From Octopus sinensis (taxonomy: Eukaryota): a stretch of DNA of 64,000 nt. Position 1 is the first letter of the stretch. Each line of letters opens with the position of its first letter. The notes beneath the pieces are model-generated. The model was not told where the DNA came from. It made no database searches and saw only the letters and a list, made by a program, of their open reading frames with translations. Where the stretch lies: NCBI RefSeq assembly GCF_006345805.1, contig NC_042999.1:50344001-50408000 (forward strand). Direction: 5' to 3'. Positions 1 to 11,352 of this stretch are shown in pieces. The translations under genes were made by a program, and so were the position numbers.

Positions 1-699
1 TTGCTGTATTCTCTGTTTTAATTTGATGGAATTACTTCTAGAAAACAACAAAAAGTATCAACAAATGAAAGTTTGCATTGATTTTTAGATTAGAACTGAG
101 ATTACCGCTTGTATTTAGAAACATTTTGAAGAAATTGAATAAAATAGGAAACAGATAAATAAAACTGCTGAAAAGATGCAACAACAATATTTTAATTGAA
201 GACAAAAGAATTTTAAAAAAGAGATTTGTATGATACAATTGATACTAAGTATTATGAATAAGACATTTAAATCAATCTTTCATTAAAACGATTTTTTTAT
301 ATAGATTAACATTATTTCAGTTAAAGACTTCAATGAACCTGAAATAATAACCTATGCTTATAGTGAATTACTTGGTTGAAAACTCAGTTTATTAAGAAAA
401 CCAAAGCCATGAAAGTGAACGGGAAAAATGAAATTAGTTTAAAAGCGAAAGACAGTGAAGTAAAATGTGTAATTATTTCCTTGTTCAGTAGAACATAACA
501 AACTTATTCATCAATTAACAATAAACTCCTTTTCTTTTTTATGATATTTTATTTATATTGTATATGAATAACAGTGAATCTGAAATCTCTTGTGAGCCTA
601 CAAAATAAAATAAACCCAAGGAATATCAGGGGATTCATACAATTCTGTATTTCTGAGATGAGGAATTTTATATTATGTATTAGTTGGAGTGTTGACCTT

Positions 700-965
700 A
701 TCAAGATGAAAGTACCAGAACATAATGGCAGGCGAAATACCTATTTCTTTATTACCCACAAGGGGCTAAACACAGAGGGGACAAACAAGGACAGACACAT
801 GGATTAAGTCGATTACATCGACCCCAGTGCGTGACTGGTACTTATTTAATCAACCCCGAAAGGATGAGAGGCAAAGTCGACCTCGGCGGAATTTGAACTC
901 AGAACGTAACGGCAGATGAAATACGGCTACGCATTTCGCCTGGTGTGTTAATGATTCTGCCAGCT
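700..965 (-). mobile_element. tRNA-derived SINE, family B (core GCCTTTCATCCTTTCGGGGTCGATAAATTAAGTACCAG)
   Basis: Reverse complement matches the plus-strand copies at 1500-2082, 12922-13155 and 48273-48499; head AAGGCGGCGAGCTGGCAGAA...GAGTTCAAATTCC has a B-box-like motif. Confidence 0.85.
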
Positions 966-971
966 CACCAT

Positions 972-1124
972 CTTTGACCTCCTACACTTACCCTACAGTA
1001 TCATTATAAAAATATACAATCACATCTTTAAAAATTTCAGAGCTATATGATGATGCATGGTTAATTCAAAATGTGGATAAATAAGAATTGAAAAAGACAG
1101 AACAATCTAAATGCTGAGAGGTTA
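972..1124 (-). mobile_element. Partial TTAA-ended MITE (piggyBac-type terminus)
   Basis: Minus strand begins TTAACCTCTCAGCATTTAGATTG; only one end is recognisable. Confidence 0.45.
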
Positions 1125-1499
1125 AATGATAGGGAAGCAAATTAAAAACATTTTCTGTCTTTGGTTAAGCCTGAAGGAAGAGGCTGTGCCAAAAGTGTTT
1201 GCAGGTTCTTCAACACTCATGTGACCAATGTAGTTAATGTTCCTCTTGAATAATTGAAAGTGAGAGGAAACAGTATGTCTGTGGTCAGAGATAAATGAAA
1301 CAAAGCAACAGTAACTACAATAAAAGCAATGATAATGGCTGCTTTAACACCACTCAGCCTGTTAGTGGTCTACTTTGCTGAAAGCATTTCAGCTTGGTCT
1401 CTCAATTGGGGGTAAATTTATCTCTTCTTCTTACCAGTCTTGGAGGCCCTGCAAAGGGTTAGAGAAAAGACTTACTCTCAAAGGACTAGCTGAACAGAA

Positions 1500-2082
1500 A
1501 AAGGCAGCGAGCTGGCAGAAACGTTACCACACCGGGCAAAATGCGTAGCCATATTTCGTCTGCCGTTACGTTCTGAGTTCAAATTCCGCCAAGGCCAACC
1601 TTGCCTTTCATCCTTTCGGGGTCGATAAATTAGGTACCAGTTATGCACTGGGGTCGATGTAATCGACTTGATCTGTTTGTCTGTCTCCTCTGTGTTTAGC
1701 CCCTTGTGGGTAGTATAGAAATAGGTATTTTGTCTGGCGCTACATTCTGAGTTCAAATTATGCCGAGGTCGACTTTGCCTTTCATCCTTTCGGGGTCGAT
1801 AAATTAAGTACCAGTTACACACTGGGGTCGATGTAATCGATTTGATCCATATGTCTGTCTCCTCTGTGTTTAGTCCCTTGTGGGTAGTAAAGAAATAGGT
1901 ATTTTGTCTGGTGCTACATTCTGAGTTCAAATTATGCCGAGGTCGACTTTGCCTTTCATCCTTTCGGGTCGATTAAATAAGTACCAGTTATGCATTGGGG
2001 TCGATATAATCGACTTAATCCGTTTGTCTGTCCTTGTTTGTCCCCTCTGTGTGTAGCCACTTGTGGGAAGTAATGAAATAAG
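1500..2082 (+). mobile_element. SINE family B, three head-to-tail units (~180-bp period)
   Basis: One full head at ~1500; the segment TTCTGAGTTCAAATT...GTGGGTAGTAAAGAAATAG occurs three times (~1570, ~1745, ~1920). Confidence 0.9.
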
Positions 2083-2246
2083 AAACAACTTTCATAATAC
2101 ATGCCTAGTGAATGATTAAAAAAAAGATGTGGACAAATACATGGAGGTCACTAAATCTTCAAAACTTACATATATACACAGCATACAAAAATTAGCACCA
2201 CTAGGCACTGCAAAGTTTTCTTTTACTACTGATGTCTTTCCTGCAG

Positions 2247-2319
2247 ATGTTATCATGCAGCAATCTAATTGGAACATTAGAAGCAACAAGCTAACCATCT
2301 TGGGAGCCTTGCAAAGGCT
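2247..2319 (+). CDS. Candidate internal exon (DVIMQQSNWNIRSNKLTILGALQRL)
   Basis: Pyrimidine tract, CTGAT branch-like site and CCTGCAG acceptor; GTGAGC donor at 2320; one open frame. No homology recognised. Confidence 0.3.
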
Positions 2320-2387
2320 GTGAGCAGTGCTCTTTCATCCGAATTCCTTCAAGTAGGAAAGACATTTAAAAAAGATAAAATTATACT

Positions 2388-2800
2388 TGGCTGTGTGGTA
2401 AGTAGCTTGCTTACCAACCACATGGTTCCAGGTTCAGTCCCACTGCGTGGCACCTTGGGCAAGTGACTTCTACTATAGCCTCAAGCCAACCAAAGCCTTG
2501 TGAGTGGATTTGGCAGGCGGAAACTGAAAGAAGCCCGTCGTATATATGTATGTATATATATGTATGTGTGTGTATGTTTGTGTGTCTGTGTTTGTTTACC
2601 CAACATCGCTTGACAACCGATGCTGGTGTGTTTACATCCCTGTAACTTAGCGGTTTGGTAAAAGAGACCGATAGAATAAGTACTAGGCTTACAAAGAATA
2701 AGTCATGGGGTCGATTTGCTCGACTAAAGGCGGTGCTCCAGCATGGCCACAGTCAAGTGGCAGAAACAAATAAAAGAGGAAAAAAGTAAAGAGTAAAGAG
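2388..2800 (+). mobile_element. tRNA-derived SINE, family A
   Basis: A-box-like TGGCTGTGTGGT, B-box-like GGTTCAGTCCC, CACCTTGGGCAAGT core, internal (TA)n(TG)n, tail GGTGCTCCAGCATGGCCACAGTCAA...GAAAC plus (AAGAGT)n. Confidence 0.9.
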
Positions 2801-3070
2801 TATCAATTAAACACAAAAATAAGGTGGTGAACTAGCAGAATTGTTAGCATGCCAGACGAAATGCTTAGCAGCATTTCATTCTGAGATCAAATTCCACCAA
2901 GGCCGACTTTGCCTTTCATCTTTGTAGGATCAATAAAATAAGTACCAGTTGAACACTGGGGTCAATGTAATCAACTTATCCCTTCCTCAAAATTGCTGGC
3001 CTAGTGCCAAAATTTGAAACCATTAATTAAACAGAAAAATTTTTTAAATAATAATTTGCTTTAATTATAG

Positions 3071-3327
3071 GGAAATTTGACAAGACAGTCAGTTGCCCGC
3101 TGACACTTGATGCTATATCGAAGAGGCCAGGGAACAGAAGAAAGAAGAAGAAAGAAGACATGCACCCAGCACCAGAGCCGAAGACACCTCCAAAAGGAGG
3201 GCCCCGCCACATCAAAACAGTAGAGGAGTAGGGGCCGAAACCGGACATGGTTCCTCCTGATAATGTCTTGAGCTAACTGGATCCTATAAAGGAGCTGTTG
3301 TGGTAGCAGACCACGAAACACGGTTGA
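3071..3327 (+). pseudogene. GC-rich decayed coding-like segment or terminal exon, identity unknown
   Basis: Follows TTAATTATAG acceptor; reads KFDKTVSCPLTLDAISKRPGNRRKKKKEDMHPAPEPKTPPKGGPRHIKTVEE* then GPKPDMVPPDNVLS*LDPIKELLW*QTTKHG*; clearly more GC-rich than flanks. Confidence 0.3.
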
Positions 3328-3430
3328 AATTCCTTATTCTACTAAATTGAGTTATTGCAATGAGACAGAGCCAATGGAATATTCAGGTTTTTTAGGTCAC
3401 TGAGTACATGTGGTAGTCATTTCCTTTTAG

Positions 3431-3497
3431 TACTTCACACTGAAGTATGGCCAGTGAAGAGTTTCAAGAAGAATGGGGAAAATATATGACACAAATG
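3431..3497 (+). CDS. Candidate first coding exon (ATG 3447; MASEEFQEEWGKYMTQM)
   Basis: TTCCTTTTAG acceptor, strong Kozak context AAGTATGG, in-frame TGA just upstream of the ATG, GTTAGT donor at 3498. Confidence 0.35.
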
Positions 3498-4259
3498 GTT
3501 AGTAGAAATAATGGAAAAATGTGATTAATTATTTCAAGTATCTTTAAATGGTGAGTGATAAAAATTCAGATGTTCAGAGGAGTAGATGACACTGCAGTAA
3601 GTAATGCAATTGAAGTTCTAAGTTTTACCATGAGACTATATCAATGTGGTTGATATGAGATCATGACAGGAAGTAAATTGAATTTAGAGCCAATATTCTG
3701 ATTATTTTGATCGCAAAAATAAAAAAGAAACATACATAATATTTACAATAGATTCAGAATCAATATTTACAATTATGAATATGCACTGTGTTCACCATTG
3801 CCAAACAAGTATGCCTTGCTCAATGTAAATATCAGTAAGAAATCAGAAATCTGTATGTTTTCTGTTATGCTGAATGGAGAGTAAATAATAACAGTATAAA
3901 ACCAGAGATATCTTTGATAAGAAAAGATTTCGTGATAGCACAAATCTACAAAAAAAATCAGCTTATGAATACAGACAAAAATACAAACTGTTACAAGTAA
4001 AATCTTTCCACTTTTAAATTTTCAGATTCTTACATTATGATATTTTTTTTCTGTAAAATCAATGCAAAGCAAAAAGTTAACTTCTTCCAGTCTTCATTTG
4101 TCATGTATATATTGTGTATATCAGTTATGGAACAAAATATGACAGTCTGGGAGAATTTCTTTTAAATTAATTTTATAGTCAGGATTATTATTTCCTATAT
4201 AGCCATTATAATCATTTTCACTAATATCATCAACATCACTATAAATATTACAAATGATA

Positions 4260-4266
4260 CTGCTGC

Positions 4267-4338
<72 letters not shown>

Positions 4339-4538
4339 CATTATTATTATTATTATTATTCAGTAGTTTTATTTTTTATATCGTGCTTTCACTTCACTAC
4401 CGAGCGCAGCTCTGTGTGCCTTGGGTATGTGCTGTGATTTGTTGTGATGCTCTGATGGTTATTGTATGGAAAGTGTTCTGCGTAGGATGTGTGCAGTGCC
4501 TAGTAGTGCAATTTTCTGTATGTTTATCATTATTATTA

Positions 4539-4614
<76 letters not shown>

Positions 4615-4620
4615 TAAGGC
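4260..4620. repeat. (ATT)n microsatellite blocks
   Basis: ATT/ATC runs at ~4268-4360 and ~4525-4615; source of the poly-Leu and poly-Asn ORFs. Confidence 0.95.
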
Positions 4621-4813
4621 GGCAACCTGGGAGAATTGTTAGCACGCCAGTATTTCATCTATCTTCGTGTTCTGAGTTCAAATGCCACTGGGGTTAACTT
4701 TGCCTTTCATCCTTTCAAGGTCGATAAATTAAGTACCAGTTACGCACTAGGGTTGATGTAATTGACTTAATCCCTTCCCCCAAACTTGAGGCCTTTTGCT
4801 TCCAGCAGAAAGA

Positions 4814-4851
<38 letters not shown>

Positions 4852-4910
4852 CATTATAATTATTGTGGTAGTCATCATTATTACACACACACACACATAC
4901 ACTTTATTAG

Positions 4911-5020
4911 TAGGTTAACAAGGCTACCAACAGTTACCAAGTCTGCCACCTATATGGCAGGCTTGATAATTGTTGAGAGATTCCTCTCTACTTGAAACCA
5001 TTGGTAGCCTTGTTAACCTA
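4911..5020. mobile_element. 110-bp palindromic MITE-like element with TA ends
   Basis: TAGGTTAACAAGGCTACCAA (4911-4930) is the exact reverse complement of TTGGTAGCCTTGTTAACCTA (5001-5020); two smaller hairpins lie inside. Confidence 0.6.
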
Positions 5021-5650
5021 TAAATGAAGAATAGTTATCTACCGCTGCGATATTGAGCACTCACTCTGGTTGTTCGATATTAGTTTATATATATAAGCTA
5101 ATATCAAATCTTCTCTCTGTGCTTACTTCTCATCTGTGCTTCTTGCCATAATATAGGTTTATTTAGAATCTCTTTTAAAAATATTTCTATGCTTTGAACA
5201 TCTACACTTCACAGATCTCTGCTTTGCTTTAAATGTGCATTGTGAGACTCTGCTGGAATACCAAGTCAGCTTTATTAAATGTGTTGCCACTGTTTACGTA
5301 TAACGTGATTATTTTCATAAATATCTCTTTTTACTTAAAATGCTGCTTAGTGGTGGCACCTACTTACTAAATCTTCTTTCTAACAGTCATCATGGAATTT
5401 AGTTTTGTTTCTTTTTTTATATTCCCAACTGCTCCATGATTAGATCTCAAGAAATATAGACATAAAAGAAGAAGTGACAAAGATTTGACTGACATGAGAA
5501 AAGTAACAGAAAAAAAACATTTTTTCTTTTTAAACAACATGGCTACAAAGAATTTTTGACTTTGCAAAGGTTTTTATGAAATCATTTGAAAATAACTATA
5601 TTACAATGAAGCCTGAAGGAATATCAGGATAAATAATTTCATATTGTTTT

Positions 5651-6170
5651 ATGGAGAAAGGCAAGTTTCCAACATTTAGTGACGGAGAAGATCATGGGAA
5701 AGATTTTGCGATCAAAATGGAGACTTATTTCAATCTAAACAAAATTAGCAAAAGAGAAATAAAATTAAAATATTTTATTAATGGAACTGATCATAAAATG
5801 CTCAGATTGGCAAGCCCTTTGATGATACCAGAAAATTACTCGAAATGTAAATTTTTTGGAGCTGTGGAAAATTCAACTACAAATTTTGAAGAGGAAAGAA
5901 ATCCTGTGATGTTGAGATAAAATTTTTACAGTTACTAGCAAAAGACCAAAACGAGCATTGCTATTTTTCTTTTCTTTTTTCTCTTTCTTTTGTTTTTTGT
6001 TTTTTTCCAGCAGAATTAGAACAGAGATTGGTAAACTGTAGCTTCAGAAAAACAGATTACATGATGAAAAGGAGATTGATTATGGGTACATTTACTAAAA
6101 TTAATAAGCCATTTTAAAGGAAACAGACCAAACACTAGAAAAAAGTATTGAAAATTGCTTACAGCAGAGT
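5651..6170 (+). pseudogene. Decayed Ty3/Gypsy gag
   Basis: METYFNLNKI...KLKYF...FEEERNPVMLR*KF...AELEQRLVNCSF...DYMMKRRLIMG...ILKETDQTLEKVLKIA follows the Gypsy gag pattern (YF..N.I / ER.KF / AELRRL..C.F / RDRF..G / LTLEKA..IA) with stops and frameshifts; PBS-like TGGTGGCACC at 5351. Confidence 0.7.
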
Positions 6171-6203
6171 GGTGCCTTCAACAGAGCCAAGTCAGGAAAC
6201 ACA

Positions 6204-6634
6204 TGTAGTGACGCCATCTTGGAAATCTCCAGCATGCACGCGCAGGGTTGTAATCTTCCGGAAGGGCTGCCAGAAGTTCCCTCATGCACATGCACAGAAA
6301 ACTAGCAGCAGTGAAATTCTCTTGTATCTCTCTCTTTGACGCTAGCAGCTGAACGATACAGATGTGTCTCCAGTAGCTCTCTCGGGCTGCTACCTCGTGG
6401 CACATCTCCGCTATGCTTGAACGGGCAGGACTGGCTCACTCCACTTGACTACTGCCGATAAGCTCCTAGGTTGCCGATTCGCCCAGAGGAAGGAAATGTT
6501 TATATTGCGAATCAAAGAATAGATATTTATACTGTTGAAGTTAACGGAAAATCTTGACTCTTTCTTCAGTTAATATTTAATGTAAAGGATGCGAGCAGCA
6601 CCCATCCACTGTGGGAATCTCTCATCCTGTTACA
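6204..6634 (-). mobile_element. Candidate solo LTR (CpG-rich)
   Basis: TGTA...TACA termini, flanks CACA/CATA (possible degenerate 4-bp TSD), minus-strand TATAAATA near 6520, abrupt GC/CpG rise. Confidence 0.45.
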
Positions 6635-6659
6635 CATAGGATGCCAACCATCTATAAGT

Positions 6660-7400
6660 CAATTCGACTAACTACAATCCTCTGCTCTATACACCAATCT
6701 ATAGCCTTGTGCAACTACCAGGAATTACTATTTTATTAGGACAAGGGTGAGGATATAGTGAGTGGTGAATCTGAGTGATTTTAAATCTATTTCAATATCA
6801 GACAATCTTATTTAGTTCCTTCAAGACAATTCTTGTACCACAGATAACAGAGTAATCACTCAGCTCTTTTTTTCATTAATTACTGCACAGTCTGATCTGA
6901 AGCTGAAACCTGTTTGCATAAAGTTCTTCAGAATTTTACTTTGGATTCCTTGTCATTGTTTCCAGTTGTTCGTACATTTATATTTTTACTTTCAAGTAAC
7001 ACTACATATGTAATTATCAAAGAGTTTCCATTCTATCAATTCAAACTGGTTTTCATTATCTCTCCAAGTTCTTTTATCACATTCACTTAAGAAATGGTTG
7101 ATGGTATTACAGTGTTAAACCATTTTACGTTAAGTACATTACATTTTATTTATCACCACCTCTAATTGTTTTATTCCAATTTCGTATTCTTACACTGATA
7201 TCATTGAGTTTTTTTTTAGCTTTCTTCTTTAGATTTGCTTTCTTAACCTCTGATAGCTTTCAAATCATTCTGGCTGTGAAAGCTGAACAATGTTTTTTGT
7301 TGTTTCTTTAATACTATCATGTTGTTCAGATTTGGCATGTTATAATTAGGTGCAGGCATAGCTTAACAATGTGATTTCAGATTTCAGATTTTCAAGAGCC
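6660..7400 (-). pseudogene. Highly decayed R4/Dong-like (REL) non-LTR 3' region
   Basis: Minus frames give NTINHFLSEC (cf. ETINHIISEC zinc-knuckle end), EWKL and a degenerate PD-type endonuclease stretch; many stops. Confidence 0.5.
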
Positions 7401-7530
7401 CCAGATCAACCAATACATTGTGAGGTGCTTTGGCAGACATAAAGTGCAGGAAGCCTGTCATGTATGTGCATGTGTGTGTGTTTATATACATATATGTATA
7501 TATACATCTACACACATACACATATATATA

Positions 7531-8065
7531 TTGGGTTGTCTGGAAAGTTCGTGATGATTTCTAAAGGAAAGAAAAAGGTCAATAAATACTTGCCATTACA
7601 TTTTTAATCAACCAAATATGAACCATTTTGTTGAAAATACCCTCTTCCCAGAATTGAGGTGGTTTCATGGCAAAGAATTCATTAAGGTATCTTTTTACGT
7701 CATCCAAGGAATTGAAATTTTTACCATTAAGACTATTCTGCAGAGACCTGAATAAGTGGAAATCCAAAGGAGCAATATCTGGTGAATATGGAGGGTAGGG
7801 TAACACATCCTAGATGAGCTGCAGCAATTTTTGCCTGGTTCCCAAAGCATCAAGTGCCGAAAATGAACTTTCTTATCTTCCATTTTAAAGGGTTACAGAA
7901 TTAACAGAGGTTACAGGAACATAAATCTTCTTCCACGAAAAGATAGCTTAAACTATGCTCTAAATGGAAGTGTAGTCAAATTCTATTTTATGGGCGCAAC
8001 CATGTTCTAAATTAAGTCAAAAGGTAAGCTACTATAAATCGGCACAAACTTTCCGGACAACCCAA
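7531..8065 (-). mobile_element. Non-autonomous mariner (internal-deletion derivative), mellifera-like
   Basis: TIRs TTGGGTTGTCTGGAAAGTT / AACTTTCCGGACAACCCAA flanked by TA; MEDKKVHFRHLMLWE fused to ...PYPPYSPDIAPLDFHLFRSLQNSLNG (YSPDxAPxD motif). Confidence 0.92.
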
Positions 8066-8559
8066 TATATACAGGGTGTTGCACTCACAATCATGAGAAT
8101 GTGGTTTCATTTCCTAGACTGAGATGCATATTGTGTTCTTTAGTAAAACACTTCACTTAATGTTGCTCTGCGATCACTTCGACATCTGATGTGTGATACA
8201 CTGTTCAGACAACATTGATTGATGGAGAGAGTGAACTAACGTGTGGCACATGCATTTGATCACTATAAACAAATCATTTGTGGAGGTCATTTGACAAAAA
8301 ACTGAACATGCATACAACACCCTCAACAGGATAGTTCATCGTACATATATATGTGTGTATGCATATATGTATAAATGTGTGTATATTTATACATGCACAA
8401 ATGCATGTATTATACATGCATTTATACATGGAAAAAGGTGTGTAGATTTTGATATTCCATGCTTGTCGATCTGTAAGTGTTTTACTAACAATTTTATTCT
8501 TTGCATTGAGTAAAAACTACCTACTGTCTTCTTACATATTTAGTAAATTTGTATTCCAA

Positions 8560-8965
8560 ATGCTGCAAAAATTTTTAGCTTTAAAGTATTAATTTCTACT
8601 TTAATTTTTGTCACATCAAGCCTTTGACAAATTTGGAACTTTTAGGTTATTAATAAATCCTACTTCAAGATGGTCATAATTATATAAATCTGCCAAAGGG
8701 CATCCAGTTCTGAATTCCAATTACTGCTTCAAGAACCACAATGAGAAAATTTACTGAACAAACACCTATAAGTACATTAAATCCATCTGTGAAGCAGCTA
8801 CTAATCTTGACCTTTCATATACTCCATAACTTGAACTAATCCCAAAGAGAATTTATTCCTTCCTAGCTTCTCGGTATTTGCAAGAATTTATCAAAAGCCT
8901 TCAAAAGTGCGAAGTATTGTTGTTAGCTCTTAGTTTAGAACTTTTCTTGCAGCTGCTCACTAATA
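8560..8965 (-). pseudogene. Ancient RTE-clade reverse-transcriptase fragment
   Basis: Minus frames: QLQEKF...LKAFDK, KLG...LVQVM, LIVVLEAV / EFRTGCPL (cf. QLQEKY..FVDLEKAFDRV; FIIVLEA..EFRTGCPWELLYADD). Confidence 0.7.
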
Positions 8966-8984
8966 TACCATTACAAAGTTTTAG

Positions 8985-9305
8985 TGAAAGTGCATGATTC
9001 AGTGGTTAGAGCATCGGGCTCAGAATCCATGATGCAGTGAGTTCGATTCCTGAACTGAGCAAGATACTTTATTTCATGTTGCTCCAGTTCACTCAGCAGC
9101 AGAAATGAGTTGTGACATCTCTGGTGCCAAGCTGTATCAGCCTTTGTCTTTCCTTTGGATAACATTGGTGGCTAGGGGAGTAGAGGCTGGTATACATGGG
9201 CAACTGCTGGTCTTCCATAAACAGTCTTGCCCAAACTTGTGCCCCATAGAGGAACTTTTTAATTGTGATCCCATGGTCATTCATAACAGAAGGGGGTCTT
9301 TACCC
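8985..9305 (+). mobile_element. tRNA-derived SINE, family C
   Basis: CAGTGGTTAGAGC A box, GAGTTCGATTCC B box, TGAGCAAGATACTTTATTTCA core; further copies at 10733-11060(+), 17020-17345(-), 51300-51625(-). Confidence 0.85.
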
Positions 9306-9740
9306 GTTTTACATAGTTTTATATAATGGCACAAATGCTAACATAATTTTATCCACACTAACCTCATCCTATCCTAACCTTGGTAAAATTCTCCCAGCCA
9401 CATTCAAGTTCTCTTCCACCCATCTGAAAGCTTCTGTAGTTTCTCTTTTCCACTGATTTTCTGGTGTCTTTGTAGCAGTTTACAATGAATGCATTAAACA
9501 GTGGTTTAGATCACAATTAGGTCTTGGTCTTGGTCCTGGGACTAGGTAGTGCATTGTGTCCTTAAGCAAGGCTCTTCATTTCACACTATTTCAGTTCACT
9601 CACATGAAAATGAACAGCAGTGACATCTGGCATGATTGACTATGCAATAAACTATCATCTCATTTAGAGAGAAGAATCAGTCACTTAAAAACCAGGAAAA
9701 TCTCTGGCCTATGAGAGCCTGTAAGCTTGAGACAAGAAAC

Positions 9741-9747
<7 letters not shown>

Positions 9748-9776
<29 letters not shown>

Positions 9777-10012
9777 CACCACCACCACCGCCACCATTAC
9801 TACTACTATTATTACTACGATGACTACTACTATGATGACTACTACTACTATTACTACCACCACCACCATTACTACTACTACTACTATGACGACTACTACT
9901 ACTACTACTGCTATTACTACTACTACCACCACCACCACCATCACCATTACTACTACTACTACTACTACTACTACAGCTGCTGCTGCTACTATTGCTGCTA
10001 CTACTACTGCTA
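9748..10012. repeat. Compound trinucleotide microsatellite (ACT/ACC/ATG/GCT)n
   Basis: Mosaic of ACT, ACC, ATT, ATG and GCT blocks; gives homopolymer ORFs in several frames. Confidence 0.95.
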
Positions 10013-10732
10013 CACAAATTGATTAATCAAATGAAGAACTAGCATAATACCTAGATAGCCTGACACTTTCAACATCTACCCACTTATAGATTTGGAGCCC
10101 TTGCTATCTCCATCTCCTCAATTGCCCCACTAGCTATTCTTCAGCTAATCCCCATAACTGATTCCTTTATTGGTATGGTTTTTAACTAGGATTTTATTGT
10201 CCCACTCAGATTCCTCATCCAAAAACTTCTTATGTGATTAGATTCATGTCATTGTTTCCTGCTACTAACAGTGAACTTGCCATTATTACTTTGGATATGT
10301 ATCTTCCAGTAACAGCCTAATCTATATGAATATGGTCCCAGAATTTAGAACACTAAAGCAATTATAACTCTGCTTGCACATTATAACCCTGCTTGTTCAT
10401 ATTTTTTATGATATCATCTTGGCAACCTATAATTCACTATTTCAAATTCCTAAATATTTGTCACTGCCACCTTCCACTACATGTGTTTTTAATTGATTTT
10501 CTGACAAAAATATATTTCTAGAATCCATTTATAAAGAATGAGTATTTCCTCTTTTTATAATTATAGTTTACGACCATACTATTGCCACTTATATTTTACT
10601 AAAACTGAGTCACAAGCACTTCTTATTAATCTTGTAGATTTGTAGATCACCCTCTACAAATTACATAACACATTTTGTCACGACTACTTATAATAAATAC
10701 AAGATAATTCACACTTGTACATGATAATTTAG

Positions 10733-11060
10733 TGAAGGCACATGGCTCAGTGGTCAGAGAGTCTGGCTCACAATCATGAGGTAGTAAGTTCAATTCCCAG
10801 ACTGGGCTGTGTTCTTGAACAAGACACTTTATTTTACATTGCCCCAGTTCACTCAGCTGTAAAAATGAGCTGCAATGTCACTGGTGCCAAGCTGTATCAG
10901 CCACTGCCTTCCCATTGGATAAATATCGGTGGCATGGAGAGGAGAGGCTTGTATGCATGGGTGACTGCTGGTCTTCCATAAACAACCTTGCTTGGACTTG
11001 TGCTTCGGAGGGGAACTTTCTAGGTACAATCCCATGGTCATTCATGACCAAAAGGGGTCT
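10733..11060 (+). mobile_element. tRNA-derived SINE, family C
   Basis: GTGAAGGCACATGGCTCAGTGGTCAGAG head; colinear with 8985-9305. Confidence 0.88.
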
Positions 11061-11352
11061 TCTTCTTCTGTATATGATAATTTAACATTTTGGTAGTAAT
11101 AGAACAACTGCTAAGAAATTGCTAGTTGTGGAAGTTTTAAAACATGCAGTGTACCTAACTTTCATTTTTAAAAAATGCAGCTTAGCGGTTCAGCAAAAAG
11201 AAGTGATAAAATAAATGCGACTTAAAATTATAAATACTGGAGTTGATTTGATTGATTAAACCCTTCAAGGCAGTGCCCCAGCATGGCACCAGTCCTATAC
11301 CTGAAACAAATAAAAGAATAAGACTCACTACTGTTTTGATATATTCATAGCA

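Noticed and set aside
38-300. Coiled-coil-like decayed plus-strand frame
   Set aside because: Very A-rich, several stops and no diagnostic motif; cannot be assigned.
1168-1205. THAP-like LKEEAVPKVF motif
   Set aside because: Ten residues only; no upstream C2CH ligands in frame and weak splice signals.
4254-4697. Poly-Leu membrane-protein ORF
   Set aside because: (ATT)n microsatellite plus a SINE fragment.
4931-5000. Hammerhead ribozyme
   Set aside because: GAAAC is present, but no CUGANGA core can be placed without breaking the stems.
9727-10026. Mucin-like poly-Thr ORF
   Set aside because: Compound microsatellite open in several frames on both strands; no signal peptide or splice support.
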